From the NCBI GenBank assembly GCA_018649885.1, contig JABIHA010000085.1, positions 162,744 through 193,977 of the forward strand: a stretch of DNA of 31,234 bases. Reading direction: 5' to 3'. The position numbers were made by a program, and so were the translations under genes. This DNA comes from Bacteriovoracaceae bacterium. Lineage in GTDB: Bacteria > Bdellovibrionota > Bacteriovoracia > Bacteriovoracales > Bacteriovoracaceae. Under the pieces are notes generated by a model, which was not told the DNA's origin, did not search any database, and was given only the letters and a program-made list of their open reading frames with translations. Positions 8,559 to 18,103 of this stretch are shown in pieces (position 1 is the first letter of the stretch; every line of letters starts with the position of its first letter).

Positions 8559-9645
8559 GCTAGAAAGCGATGTCCTCACACCACATTTAATCCATCAATT
8601 TGATTCTGAAAGAGAATTGTTAAATATCATTAGCAAGCTATCTCATGCTTTTAATCAAAGAACTGATAGCGTGAATGACTATAGTCATGATCCGGCCCTT
8701 GTGTCTGCCTATGCTATGTTTTACCTGCCAACAAATATGCCTAAATTAGAGTTTATTTTAGAAAAACTTCCTGTAGAAGTTTACAACTCAATTTTAGAAT
8801 CAGAGTTTATTGATTTTGGAAGTGGCCCAGGCACTTTTTCATTGGCCTTTAAAAACTTGGTAGGCACCTCACAGAAATCTGTCATCTCTTTAATCGACAA
8901 ATCGGAGTCTATGCTATTGCAGGCCCGAAAAATCATTAACTCAATTTATCCTCGGGGTGAATACCCTCAGGGTGAATACCCTCAGGGTGAACTCCCTGAA
9001 GGAAATTTTAAGTACTACAATTCTTATAAGCAAATTAGGGAATCAAAAAACTCAACACTTTGCTTGGGGCATGTCTTTAATGAGATGGAAAAAAGAGACT
9101 TAATTAAGGTAATAGAGCACTTTGACCCTCAGAATATTATTTTTATTGGTCCTGGCACCAAAGAAGTTTTTCATAAACTATCTGAGTTTAGAAAAAGTTT
9201 TCTAAGTGATCATTACGATGTCGCTTTTCCCTGCCCATCTAAATCATTTGATTGTCCAATGGAGGGTGATGAAAAAAATTGGTGTCACCAAATTTTACAT
9301 ACAACCCACTCTCAAGGCACGGAGCGTCTTTCACAACTAGTTAAGCTAGACAGAAGAAAAATGCCCATGACGGCCCAAATGTTCACAAAGACTAATTTTG
9401 AGCCTGAAGAAACTTCGAGAATTGTTAGAAAAAAGGCAGTAACAAAATTTTCCTTTGATTTTGAAATCTGCCGGATGTGTGATGGTGTCCCACTCTTGCA
9501 AGACTTAGAGGTCCCAAAAAGAGGGATGGGTAAGTTGGATCAAAAGGCCTATCAGAAAATTGACTCAGGAAATGGAGGGGAGCTTACGGTTTTGAAAGTT
9601 TTAAGCGACTCTAAGTTAAGAGGCAATTTCAACAATTTAAGATAG
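8539..9645 (+). CDS. Rsm22/METTL17-like SAM-dependent methyltransferase
   Basis: Motifs AYAMFYLP, SAM-binding DFGSGPGT and the Cys cluster PCPS...CPM...WCH. Exact start is uncertain. Confidence 0.7.
   Translation: MILVKDKLESDVLTPHLIHQFDSERELLNIISKLSHAFNQRTDSVNDYSHDPALVSAYAMFYLPTNMPKLEFILEKLPVEVYNSILESEFIDFGSGPGTFSLAFKNLVGTSQKSVISLIDKSESMLLQARKIINSIYPRGEYPQGEYPQGELPEGNFKYYNSYKQIRESKNSTLCLGHVFNEMEKRDLIKVIEHFDPQNIIFIGPGTKEVFHKLSEFRKSFLSDHYDVAFPCPSKSFDCPMEGDEKNWCHQILHTTHSQGTERLSQLVKLDRRKMPMTAQMFTKTNFEPEETSRIVRKKAVTKFSFDFEICRMCDGVPLLQDLEVPKRGMGKLDQKAYQKIDSGNGGELTVLKVLSDSKLRGNFNNLR
8947..9002 (+). repeat. In-frame 15-bp tandem repeat (~3.7 copies)
   Basis: GGTGAATACCCTCAG at 8956 and 8971, degenerate copy at 8986; encodes YPRGE-YPQGE-YPQGE-LPEG. 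Confidence 0.9.
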
Positions 9646-9775
9646 ATGGCGATCCGTACACTGTAAAAAAATTGTACAGCTTGAAAAATTTTCCATGTTT
9701 AGCTATATATCAAGGCGCGAAGTCATTATTTTCAATAAAATAGTCTATATCTATACTATTAAAAGGAGTGTCATT

Positions 9776-9985
9776 ATGGCAAAGAGTGGAAAAAACTTAG
9801 GTAAGAATTTTCGCAAGAGATTTGGACTCAATTCAAAAGATGAAGGAGATTTGCGAGCTGAAACTGCTAGCAAGCACAAAGAGCACGATGATGGTGAGAA
9901 AAATTCTGAAACAGAAAATATTGATTACCACCAATTACTAAGTGAAAGCTTAAAAAATGGTTTATTTTTTTTAGGAGGATGCTAG
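9776..9985 (+). CDS. Small hypothetical protein (69 aa; basic N-terminus, acidic middle)
   Basis: AAGGAG RBS before the ATG at 9776; stop abuts the next start codon. Confidence 0.6.
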   Translation: MAKSGKNLGKNFRKRFGLNSKDEGDLRAETASKHKEHDDGEKNSETENIDYHQLLSESLKNGLFFLGGC

Positions 9986-11350
9986 TTGTTTAATACCTGC
10001 GATTTAATTGGAAAAAAAAGAGACGGGATCAGTTTATCAAAAGAAGAGATAGATTTTCTAATAGAAGGAATAACAGATAAGTCTATTCCCGATTACCAAG
10101 TAACCGCTTGGCTGATGGCCGTTTACTTTCGTGGTATGAGTTATGAAGAGACAAACTTCTTAACTAAGGCCATGCTTAACTCAGGTGAAGTCCTTCAATT
10201 AAAATCAATTAAAGGCACAACTATCGACAAGCATAGTACTGGTGGAGTTGGTGATAAGGTCTCACTTCCACTCGTTCCCATAGTCGCGAGTTTAGGAGTC
10301 CCTATTCCAATGATTTCTGGTAGGGGGCTTGGGCATACTGGTGGAACCCTTGATAAACTTGAATCCATTCCAGGATTTAATGTAAATTTATCTGCAGCTC
10401 AATTTGAAAGTATGATTGCAAAAATTGGCTGTAGTATGATTGGACAAACAAAAGAAATCGCACCTGCTGATAAGATTCTCTATAGTCTGAGAGATGTCAC
10501 AGCAACAACCTCTTCTATTCCTCTTATTACCTCTTCAATAATGAGCAAGAAATTAGCAGAAGGATCTGATGGATTTGTATTTGATGTCAAATTTGGTCAT
10601 GGTGCTTTTATGAAAGAGCTGAAAAGTGCAACGGAGCTTGCAAACTCGCTGGTTCAAACGGCTGAGCTGTCAAATAACACCTCAATTGCTTACCTCACAA
10701 ATATGGATCAACCCTTGGGTTTTAAAATTGGCAATTGGTTAGAGATTGAAGAAACAATCGACATACTTAAAGGAAAAGGTCCCCGTGACCTACAAATAAT
10801 AACTTATTTATTCTCAGCAACCATGGCCTACCTTGGGAAAAAGGTTGATTCTATTGAAGAAGGAGTCATTTGCTCAGTTGAAGCTGTGAAATCAGGAAAG
10901 GCGTTTGAAAAATTTCTTGAAATTGTCACAGAACAGGGAGGGGATGCCTTGGTGGTACAAAACCCGGAAACTTATCCAAGGGCCGCTCATCTTCTAGAAA
11001 TTAGTGCTGATTCAGCTGGATATATGGCATCTATTAACTCACTTGAGTTAGGACTAGCAAATGTTGCCCTCGGTGGTGGCAGATTAAAAACATCTGATTT
11101 AATTGACCCCTGTGTGGGCATCGAGATTTTTCATAAAGTCGGTGAGCGCGTTGAAGATGGAGATCTTATTGCTAAGGTCTACTACAATGACGGCGTTGAA
11201 ATGGGTGAGCTAAAAGGCAGAATAGAAAGAGCATTTTCAATTAGTAGTAGCCCCTGTGATCCACTTGAGCTCATTGATAGTGCTATTTCAAAAAACTGTG
11301 ATATCGATATTCAAAAGCTAATTTCAACTATTGAAAGAGAAGTATTGTAG
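9986..11350 (+). CDS. pdp: Pyrimidine-nucleoside/thymidine phosphorylase
   Basis: Motifs DKHSTGGVGDK, SGRGLGHTGGTLDKLESIPG and SIMSKKLAEG; TTG start with AGGAGG RBS. Confidence 0.92.
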   Translation: MFNTCDLIGKKRDGISLSKEEIDFLIEGITDKSIPDYQVTAWLMAVYFRGMSYEETNFLTKAMLNSGEVLQLKSIKGTTIDKHSTGGVGDKVSLPLVPIVASLGVPIPMISGRGLGHTGGTLDKLESIPGFNVNLSAAQFESMIAKIGCSMIGQTKEIAPADKILYSLRDVTATTSSIPLITSSIMSKKLAEGSDGFVFDVKFGHGAFMKELKSATELANSLVQTAELSNNTSIAYLTNMDQPLGFKIGNWLEIEETIDILKGKGPRDLQIITYLFSATMAYLGKKVDSIEEGVICSVEAVKSGKAFEKFLEIVTEQGGDALVVQNPETYPRAAHLLEISADSAGYMASINSLELGLANVALGGGRLKTSDLIDPCVGIEIFHKVGERVEDGDLIAKVYYNDGVEMGELKGRIERAFSISSSPCDPLELIDSAISKNCDIDIQKLISTIEREVL

Positions 11351-11372
11351 AAGCCTGCAAGGTGAGTCGCTT

Positions 11373-12701
11373 TTAATATTTAATATTTCGTAGTGCTTCA
11401 AACACTTTTTTGTACGCACCTTTGTCAAAGCTGACCTCTCTCATCTTATCAATGGATTCATCAAAGTCTAGATTTTCGACCAAGGAGAGGTGAGAAAAAT
11501 AATAACAAGTGTTGAACAGGGCACAGCTGGCACTTGCACTTTTTGCATCCATTCCTCTTGGAAATCCAGTTCCATCTGGAAGTTCGTGATGTTCCATAAT
11601 GATTCTCTTTTCCTCTTCAATGATTTGCTCAACAGAAAGTATGCTTTTGATTGCTAGTTCCATATGAGTCCGAATAGTTTTTCTTTGAGATAGAGAAAAA
11701 TATTTTAGCTCCGTACTATTTAAATTTGTTATTCTACACAGATGATCGTCTTCTAATTGAGAGTCACAAAAAAGGGCCGCGGTGATTACTTTTTGAGGCA
11801 GACCATTGCTATCATGACCCAACTTTTTGGACACACATCCGAGAGTATAAGCTGTCAGTAGGGCCTTTTGAGAAATGAGATTTTCACTTTTTTTAATCTT
11901 ATCAATGATATCGTGTAGCAAAGGGGTTTTTTCTAAGCTCTTTTGGATAGAATGGATCATTGTATCTACATACTTTATTGATTCTTCTGAAATACCAAAA
12001 TTTTTAGCAAGGGATTGAACTTCACAAAGTGAGCTAAGTTGAGTTTTGACTTCTGAGAAGTTGGGATTTTTTTCAAAATCCAATCTGATTTTTTCAGCTT
12101 TTCTATCAACATTTTGATGAAAATCATCTTCCTTAAAATATATTTTTTCTACACCCTTTTTGCGGTAAGAGCTTATGGATTTATCACTAAATATTTCACC
12201 AGGATTTGTAAGTTTTGTGAATTTATCAGGGCTTCTTTGAATATAAAGGCTAAACTGATCATCAATATTAAAAACTTTTACTTTTTCAATGTTGATTCCT
12301 ATATATCCATTTTTGTGATCTATAAAATTTTTGCCAATATCTTCTTTAATTTTTTTTGCAACTTCAATGATTTCGAAAATATCAAATGGTTTGGTAAAAG
12401 AATTATTGTGCACATTAATTTCGTTGAATTCTTCGTCAAAACCACAGTACCCAGCATGATCAGTTGAAAGGTGCAAAAATGGAAGGTTGTCGTTTTCTGC
12501 ATTGTACTCATAAATATGTTTTGAGTTCCCACCTGGCATGTGAAAGTCTGAAGCAATGAGGTAAATTCCAGGAATGGTTTTCAGCAATTTGATTGCTTCA
12601 CTGGCATTAGATGCTTCAATACACTTTTCATTCATTTCTAATTCGATGGACGCACTTAAGACACTTCGAATATCTTGCTCATCATCTACTAAAAGTATCA
12701 T
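11373..12701 (-). CDS. Receiver domain plus degenerate HD-GYP domain protein
   Basis: Intact REC motifs LLVDDE, ASDFHMP and TKPF. HHELPDGTGFP is present but HD is replaced by CD. ATG at 12701 has a GAGGAG RBS. Confidence 0.8.
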   Translation of the reverse strand: MILLVDDEQDIRSVLSASIELEMNEKCIEASNASEAIKLLKTIPGIYLIASDFHMPGGNSKHIYEYNAENDNLPFLHLSTDHAGYCGFDEEFNEINVHNNSFTKPFDIFEIIEVAKKIKEDIGKNFIDHKNGYIGINIEKVKVFNIDDQFSLYIQRSPDKFTKLTNPGEIFSDKSISSYRKKGVEKIYFKEDDFHQNVDRKAEKIRLDFEKNPNFSEVKTQLSSLCEVQSLAKNFGISEESIKYVDTMIHSIQKSLEKTPLLHDIIDKIKKSENLISQKALLTAYTLGCVSKKLGHDSNGLPQKVITAALFCDSQLEDDHLCRITNLNSTELKYFSLSQRKTIRTHMELAIKSILSVEQIIEEEKRIIMEHHELPDGTGFPRGMDAKSASASCALFNTCYYFSHLSLVENLDFDESIDKMREVSFDKGAYKKVFEALRNIKY

Positions 12702-12875
12702 TGCTAAAAGCTCCTCAAAATTTTTGTACATGCTAATTTTATGGGAAATTGCCCCACAATAAAACCCAAGAATTGTTAACATCTAGCTTTTCAGATCTTT
12801 TTGTTTCAGATATGCATAAATTCGATGAAACGTTCAGAACTTTAGTTCGGTTAATCTGTGGTAGAGGATATTAAA

Positions 12876-13841
12876 GTGGGTAGCAGCGAACAAAGATTTT
12901 CAATGTTTGTAAGTGAGTCTTTTGACCCATACTGCAATCTCGCCTATGAAAATTTTTTGGCCCAAAATTTAAAGACGGGGGAGAGTTGCTTGTTTTTTTG
13001 GACAAATGAATCTTCTATTTTTATGGGAAAATTTCAAAATCCATGGGCCGAATGTGGCGTAACTTCTTTTGTAGAAGAGGGAGGCAAACTTCTGAGAAGG
13101 CCTACAGGAGGGGGATGCGTCTATCATGACAAGGGGTGTTTGAATTTTTCTTTTCTTCACTCAGAACGTGATTTCAGAAAAGATTTTAACAACAGCATTA
13201 TACTCGAAGGCCTAAAGTCTTTGGGAATTAACGCGAGTGCAAATCCTCGCGGTGATTTGGTTCACAGTGGAAAAAAGTTTTCAGGTAATGCTTTCAGAAG
13301 GGCCAAAAACTATTCTATTCATCATGGCACACTTTTGATTAATACTGATTTAAATAAGCTCAATGCAACTTTGTGTACCCAGCTGGGTCCGATCACTACA
13401 AAGGCCTTACCTTCTATTCGTTCCAAAGTTTTGAATCTTAGCGAGCTTGTCCACGGTCTAAAAGTGGAAGATGTAGTCAATTCCATTTGGAAGGCATTAA
13501 AAGATTTTAGATTAGTAAATGAATCTTTAGTTTTGGTTAAGCCAGAATTAATTCTAGCTAAAAATCAGTTACTTATGGATTTACATCAGAAGTTTTGCTC
13601 GTGGGATTGGATTTATGGCCAGACTCCAAAGTTTAACTATCAAGTTGGTGGTCATAAAGTTTTCGTTGAAAAAGGGTTAGTGAGTCAATTTGAATTGATG
13701 GAAAGTCTTGCTGAGGAGTGTCTAATCAAAGGAGATCTGGCCCGTTATTTAGGAATGCCATTTGATTCTTTTATTAATGAGACTTCTGATTTCCGCAGCT
13801 CGAGCAACCACCTTGATCCGAAACATCTGCCAGATCAATAA
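12876..13841 (+). CDS. lplA: Lipoate-protein ligase A family
   Basis: Motifs PYCNLAYE, GKFQNPWAE, RRPTGGGCVYHD, KKFSGNA, HHGTLL and WDWIYGQTPKF. GTG at 12876 follows a GAGGA RBS. Confidence 0.88.
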   Translation: MGSSEQRFSMFVSESFDPYCNLAYENFLAQNLKTGESCLFFWTNESSIFMGKFQNPWAECGVTSFVEEGGKLLRRPTGGGCVYHDKGCLNFSFLHSERDFRKDFNNSIILEGLKSLGINASANPRGDLVHSGKKFSGNAFRRAKNYSIHHGTLLINTDLNKLNATLCTQLGPITTKALPSIRSKVLNLSELVHGLKVEDVVNSIWKALKDFRLVNESLVLVKPELILAKNQLLMDLHQKFCSWDWIYGQTPKFNYQVGGHKVFVEKGLVSQFELMESLAEECLIKGDLARYLGMPFDSFINETSDFRSSSNHLDPKHLPDQ

Positions 13842-14073
13842 AATTCCAGTCTTTGAATTTTTGATTGGTATAAGCCAAGGCGTCTTCTAGGGCCTTAAAA
13901 GTAGACTGATTTAAGTCTAATCCTTCCACCTGGGCCAATGTGCTAAAGTAAAGCCAATTGGGCCCACTCTCAACCATTTCAGCTTCTGCTCCCATAGAGA
14001 CGAAGGCCTTGAGTTCCCCCAGTTGGTAATAGCAGTAGTTGTAATTTTCTGTACTAAGTTTTTTATCTTCCAT
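13774..14073 (-). CDS. Hypothetical protein with C-terminal GGCSSCG motif
   Basis: 99-aa ORF filling the gap with protein-like composition and a CxxC tail; overlaps the lplA 3' end by 68 bp. Confidence 0.65.
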   Translation of the reverse strand: MEDKKLSTENYNYCYYQLGELKAFVSMGAEAEMVESGPNWLYFSTLAQVEGLDLNQSTFKALEDALAYTNQKFKDWNFIDLADVSDQGGCSSCGNQKSH

Positions 14074-14178
14074 GGAGTTGATTTATCATAGCCTTTAGGA
14101 GGTGTCTAATTTCATTGTAATTTCAAGTATTTAAATAGATAAAGGTCTAACTTTGTGTTAAGTTTTAAAAACTTTTTT

Positions 14179-14207
14179 TTGACATTATGTTTGCGCCTTA
14201 GTATTAG
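14179..14207 (+). promoter_or_regulatory. Possible sigma-70 promoter for rpmG-rpmE2
   Basis: TTGACA-N17-TATTAG, about 40 bp upstream of the rpmG ATG. Confidence 0.45.
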
Positions 14208-14249
14208 TTACTGCTTGTTACGGTTAATCTTATACACAAGGTCAAGAAG

Positions 14250-14429
14250 ATGGCATCAAAAGGTCCTAGAGTTATCATTACTTTAGAATGTACAGAGGCG
14301 AGAAAGATTGGAAAATCTCCATCTCGTTACACAACAACAAAAAACAAAAAGACTCACCCAGAGAGGCTAGAAACTAAAAAATATAATAAGTTTCTACGTC
14401 GTCACACTCTTCATAAAGAGATTAAATAA
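14250..14429 (+). CDS. rpmG: 50S ribosomal protein L33 (59 aa; not in the ORF track)
   Basis: Manual translation: [59 protein letters not shown]. Confidence 0.95.
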   Translation: MASKGPRVIITLECTEARKIGKSPSRYTTTKNKKTHPERLETKKYNKFLRRHTLHKEIK

Positions 14430-14445
14430 TATATAAGGTGTATTA

Positions 14446-14706
14446 ATGAAAAAGGGCATTCATCCAGATTATAGAGAAGTTGTATTTAAAGATGTGGCTT
14501 CAGACTTTGAAGTTATCGTAAGATCAACTGTTCCAACAAATCAAACAATTGAAAAAGATGGTAAAGAGTATCCACTGTATAAAACAGATATCTCTTCTGC
14601 CTCTCATCCCTTCTACACTGGAAAACAAAGAGTTCTAGACAGTGAAGGAAGAGTTGAAAAATTCAGAAAGAAATTTGGTACAAGTTACACAAAAAAGAAG
14701 AAATAA
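14446..14706 (+). CDS. rpmE2: 50S ribosomal protein L31 type B
   Basis: [16 protein letters not shown]...[13 protein letters not shown]...GRVEKF; 86 aa with no Cys. Confidence 0.95.
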   Translation: MKKGIHPDYREVVFKDVASDFEVIVRSTVPTNQTIEKDGKEYPLYKTDISSASHPFYTGKQRVLDSEGRVEKFRKKFGTSYTKKKK

Positions 14707-14732
14707 CTCAAGTTTTACAATAGAGTTTGTTT

Positions 14733-14760
14733 AAAAAGGCTTCCAAATGGAAGCCTTTTT
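14733..14760 (+). terminator. Intrinsic (bidirectional-type) terminator after rpmE2
   Basis: AAAAAGGCTTCCA-AA-TGGAAGCCTTTTT. Confidence 0.9.
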
Positions 14761-14899
14761 AGTTTACACGTGAGAAATCATGATTCTAAGTTCTTAATTT
14801 TAAGTCCCGCCTGGCTAAGTTTTTATTCACATTATCCTTTAAGTTCCCCGATATAACTTATGAGAAATATTAACTTTTATGTAAGTATAGGGGATAAAT

Positions 14900-16324
14900 T
14901 TGGCCTTACCTGTTTTGGTGGCCGACCCAGACCGAAAGTGGTTGGGCGATGCTAAGATACATTTAAAAGAATCTGGATATGAGGTCGACGCTGTTGATAA
15001 TGGGCGAGACGCTCAGCTTGCGCTTTTTCGAAAGAGATATTTCGCCATCATTTTAAATTTTGATTTAAAAAATCACACAGGCATGCAAGTTTTAAAATTC
15101 ATTAAATTCAATCATCCTGGATTAAAAGTTGTACTTGTTCTCAACTCAGAAGAATATTTGCAAGAATATTTTGATTATGAGGATTTGCAAAAGCTAGGGG
15201 CCCAGGAAGTTTTAGTTAGGCCTTTTGAAAATCACAAATTAGTTGACTCACTTGAAGGTCAACAAAACTTTAGCCAACTCATCAAAAATTTAAAGAAGAG
15301 AACTGGGCAATCTGAAGAGAGTGAAGAGGATGTCGACGAAGATGAGTTCACAAAAGTTAGGATTAAAGAATTCTTTTCAGCAAAACACGTTATCTTTGAT
15401 GTCTATATTAAACTAAGAGAGGGGAAGTATTTAAAAATTCTTCATGCAGGTGACTCTTTTAGTAAAGAGAGGATTGATAAATATATTAACGAAAAGTCCA
15501 TTGAATTTTTATATTTTAAAGAGCATGACCGGAAGAAATATATTCGATTTTGTAATCATCTTGCTAGAAAAATTCTTGGAAATAAAAAAGCCGATACGAA
15601 AATGAAAGTGGCAATGGTCAAAAATGTTGCTGAGAAATTTGTCGAGGAAGTATTTGTTGAAGGGATAAAACCATCGATTCTCGATCAGGGAAAAGAAATT
15701 TGTGAAACAGTGTTTAAACTCGTAGAGGGGGAAAAAGATCTCTTTAAACTTCTAAAAGAGTTTCAAGAATTTGATCCAAGTGCTTACTCTCATGCATTTT
15801 TAGTTTCTCTATTTAGTGCCATGATTATAAGACAATTTGAATGGCAATCTAAATTAACTACTGAAACTGTAAGTTTGGCATGCCTTTTTCATGACATTGG
15901 AAAAATGAAACTGCCTCAAGAGATCAATGAAAAAAGACCTGAAGATATGAATGCAGCTGAGCTTGAGCAGTATCAAATGCATCCTGAGTTTGGGATTGAG
16001 CTTTTACATGCAAATCGTTCTATTCCTCCAAGTGTAAAACAGATAATTTACCAACATCATGAATGTACAGATGGAACAGGTTTCCCCAAAGGGGTGAAAG
16101 ATAATAAGATATTCACACTTTCTAAAATTGTTCATGTGGCAGATGAGTTTTCTCATATTATGGTTGTAAATGACTGCGCTCCTCCTGCAGCCTTAAAAAT
16201 TATGCTGGAAAATGAAGCTAATATTGCAAGGTATAATGGGGTTGTTCTAGAGCATTTTATGAAAGTTTTTGTGGATCCCAAAATTCTTCAAGAGATAGAA
16301 GAGAAGAAAAAGAAAATTTGTTAA
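14900..16324 (+). CDS. Pseudo-receiver plus HD-GYP-like phosphohydrolase
   Basis: REC-like N-terminus (LVADPD, IILNFD, VRPF); metal-ligand motifs HAFLV, HDIGK, HPEFG, QHHECTDGTGFP and VADEF. Confidence 0.85.
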   Translation: MALPVLVADPDRKWLGDAKIHLKESGYEVDAVDNGRDAQLALFRKRYFAIILNFDLKNHTGMQVLKFIKFNHPGLKVVLVLNSEEYLQEYFDYEDLQKLGAQEVLVRPFENHKLVDSLEGQQNFSQLIKNLKKRTGQSEESEEDVDEDEFTKVRIKEFFSAKHVIFDVYIKLREGKYLKILHAGDSFSKERIDKYINEKSIEFLYFKEHDRKKYIRFCNHLARKILGNKKADTKMKVAMVKNVAEKFVEEVFVEGIKPSILDQGKEICETVFKLVEGEKDLFKLLKEFQEFDPSAYSHAFLVSLFSAMIIRQFEWQSKLTTETVSLACLFHDIGKMKLPQEINEKRPEDMNAAELEQYQMHPEFGIELLHANRSIPPSVKQIIYQHHECTDGTGFPKGVKDNKIFTLSKIVHVADEFSHIMVVNDCAPPAALKIMLENEANIARYNGVVLEHFMKVFVDPKILQEIEEKKKKIC

Positions 16325-17340
16325 TAAATATATTTTTTAACTTTGTTTTCTCTAAATGATTTTTCGCGAGCAGTGAATAATTCCAAGGTCTGCTTACTTA
16401 CAACAAATGGAAATTTACGGTGATTACTCTTGACCAAAACGGCTTGGTTCTTTTCCAGCTTCAATTCGGTAATGGCCTTAAGAGGGTAGCTCACGGTGTA
16501 CTTAAAAGTGTTACCTTGATGATCAGTGAGCTCTAATCTGTATTGAGGTCTATCTAGATAGCTTTTAAGATTAGCGGAAACATCAACGCTCAGCTGGTCT
16601 AAAATCATAAGAGCTTTTGAGTTGTAGAGATCAAATAGGAAGCTTTCCACCTTTTCACTCGAAAGGGCCCTTTTTGAAACTCCGGCCCACTTCTCATCGC
16701 CAACTTTTGAAAAATTAAGATAAGGATTTTTGTTTTTTCCCATAAAAATTTTAATTTGCTTTGTTTTAATTGGAAGAGAGTTAAATATTTTTGAATCAAT
16801 GAGTTCAGATAGTGCCAGAGCTGAAGCTTTAGCATTTAAATTCTCAATATGGTAGAGCATATCGCTGTCACCAAGACTTAAGTAGGTGCTGTTGTCTATG
16901 GGGTTGACTACACCAAATTGAAAATTGTAGCTTGTTTGGTCTTTGAAAGTGATCTTAATTTCAGACTGAGGTTGGTCGAGTCCAAAGCTTGCAAGGTTTA
17001 GTTGGTCATTTTTATAAAGTTTTCTGACCTTAATGCCCATAATTTCTTTGATTAAATTTTTGATAACAATCTCATTGGCCTTCAGCTTTCTGGGTGAGCT
17101 AAGACTCCAGAAGTCATTTTTTTCTAGCTCAAAAATGCCGATACGATTTTTTAACTTGAGGCTTTTGATATCTGCAAGATTATTACTTTTAATGGGATTA
17201 TCAAAGAGTCCAATTTTGCTGATATCGATGTCAGGGGCCTGAAATAATTCGCTTAAAAGTGAAGAGAATAAAATGAGAAGAACAAAAGCTGCTAAGAGCC
17301 AAGCAGAGGTTTTATTTTTATTCCCGACCAAGATACTCAT
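16321..17340 (-). CDS. DUF4340-like membrane-anchored protein
   Basis: N-terminal TM helix; W-x-L-x-x-P, LASFGLDQP and FGVVNP...TY pattern; second repeat unit YLDRP. Confidence 0.65.
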   Translation of the reverse strand: MSILVGNKNKTSAWLLAAFVLLILFSSLLSELFQAPDIDISKIGLFDNPIKSNNLADIKSLKLKNRIGIFELEKNDFWSLSSPRKLKANEIVIKNLIKEIMGIKVRKLYKNDQLNLASFGLDQPQSEIKITFKDQTSYNFQFGVVNPIDNSTYLSLGDSDMLYHIENLNAKASALALSELIDSKIFNSLPIKTKQIKIFMGKNKNPYLNFSKVGDEKWAGVSKRALSSEKVESFLFDLYNSKALMILDQLSVDVSANLKSYLDRPQYRLELTDHQGNTFKYTVSYPLKAITELKLEKNQAVLVKSNHRKFPFVVSKQTLELFTAREKSFRENKVKKYIY

Positions 17341-17489
17341 ATTTTGAAAAACAACTTTAGCTAGATTTTCTTTGGGAAAGCTTTCTTTCCGCTTAAAGAT
17401 ATCCTATATTTTAAAATGGAATCAGGCCAATTACAGATAAAACTGAGGGCCTGGTATTGAAAAATGCCTATATGAGAAGGAGTGCGCTG

Positions 17490-18089
17490 ATGGGAATGTT
17501 GAATTTAATTAAAGAGGGTGGGTTTGTTATGTACCCGCTTTTAATCTGCTCCCTTGCAATCTGGGCCGTGGTTTTTGAGAAATACTATTCAATTTTTAAA
17601 TTTACCAAGGAATACAAATCCCTTTATGGACTTGCCCATCCCCTGATAAAAGAGGGAAAAATCGATGAAGCAAAAGGCCTTTATTCACAGGCAGACGACT
17701 TGGTAGGCAGGCCCTATTTAACACTCTTTGATGGGGTGAAAGCTACTAAGGAGCTGCGAGAAGAGCAAGTCACCAGAAGACTTGTGGAGACCCAATTGGG
17801 GCTCAAGCGCTTTATGTGGGTGCTGGGGACGATTGGATCATCGGCGCCCTTTGTCGGATTATTTGGTACCGTGGTGGGGATTATTAGGTCCTTTGAGTCA
17901 ATTGCAGATGCTGGGAAGTCGGGTTTTTCAGTTGTGGCAGCTGGCCTTTCGGAAGCTCTCATTGCCACTGCTGCTGGTATACTTGTGGCGATTGTCGCCG
18001 TTGTTTTTTATAATTATTTTCAGACAAGACTTTCGAAAATTAACCTTGAGTATAAAAATACACTTGAGGATTTAGCAGATTATCTCTAA
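17490..18089 (+). CDS. MotA/TolQ/ExbB proton channel family protein
   Basis: Motifs GGFVMYPL, LGTIGSSAPFVGLFGTVVGII and GLSEALIATAAG; AAGGAG RBS before the ATG at 17490. Confidence 0.92.
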   Translation: MGMLNLIKEGGFVMYPLLICSLAIWAVVFEKYYSIFKFTKEYKSLYGLAHPLIKEGKIDEAKGLYSQADDLVGRPYLTLFDGVKATKELREEQVTRRLVETQLGLKRFMWVLGTIGSSAPFVGLFGTVVGIIRSFESIADAGKSGFSVVAAGLSEALIATAAGILVAIVAVVFYNYFQTRLSKINLEYKNTLEDLADYL

Positions 18090-18103
18090 TTGGGGAGGCC
18101 AAC

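Noticed and set aside
9971..9985. C-terminal GGC suggesting a Pup- or ubiquitin-like modifier
   Set aside because: The GGA GGA codons are the Shine-Dalgarno sequence of pdp, and no ligase or proteasome genes are nearby.
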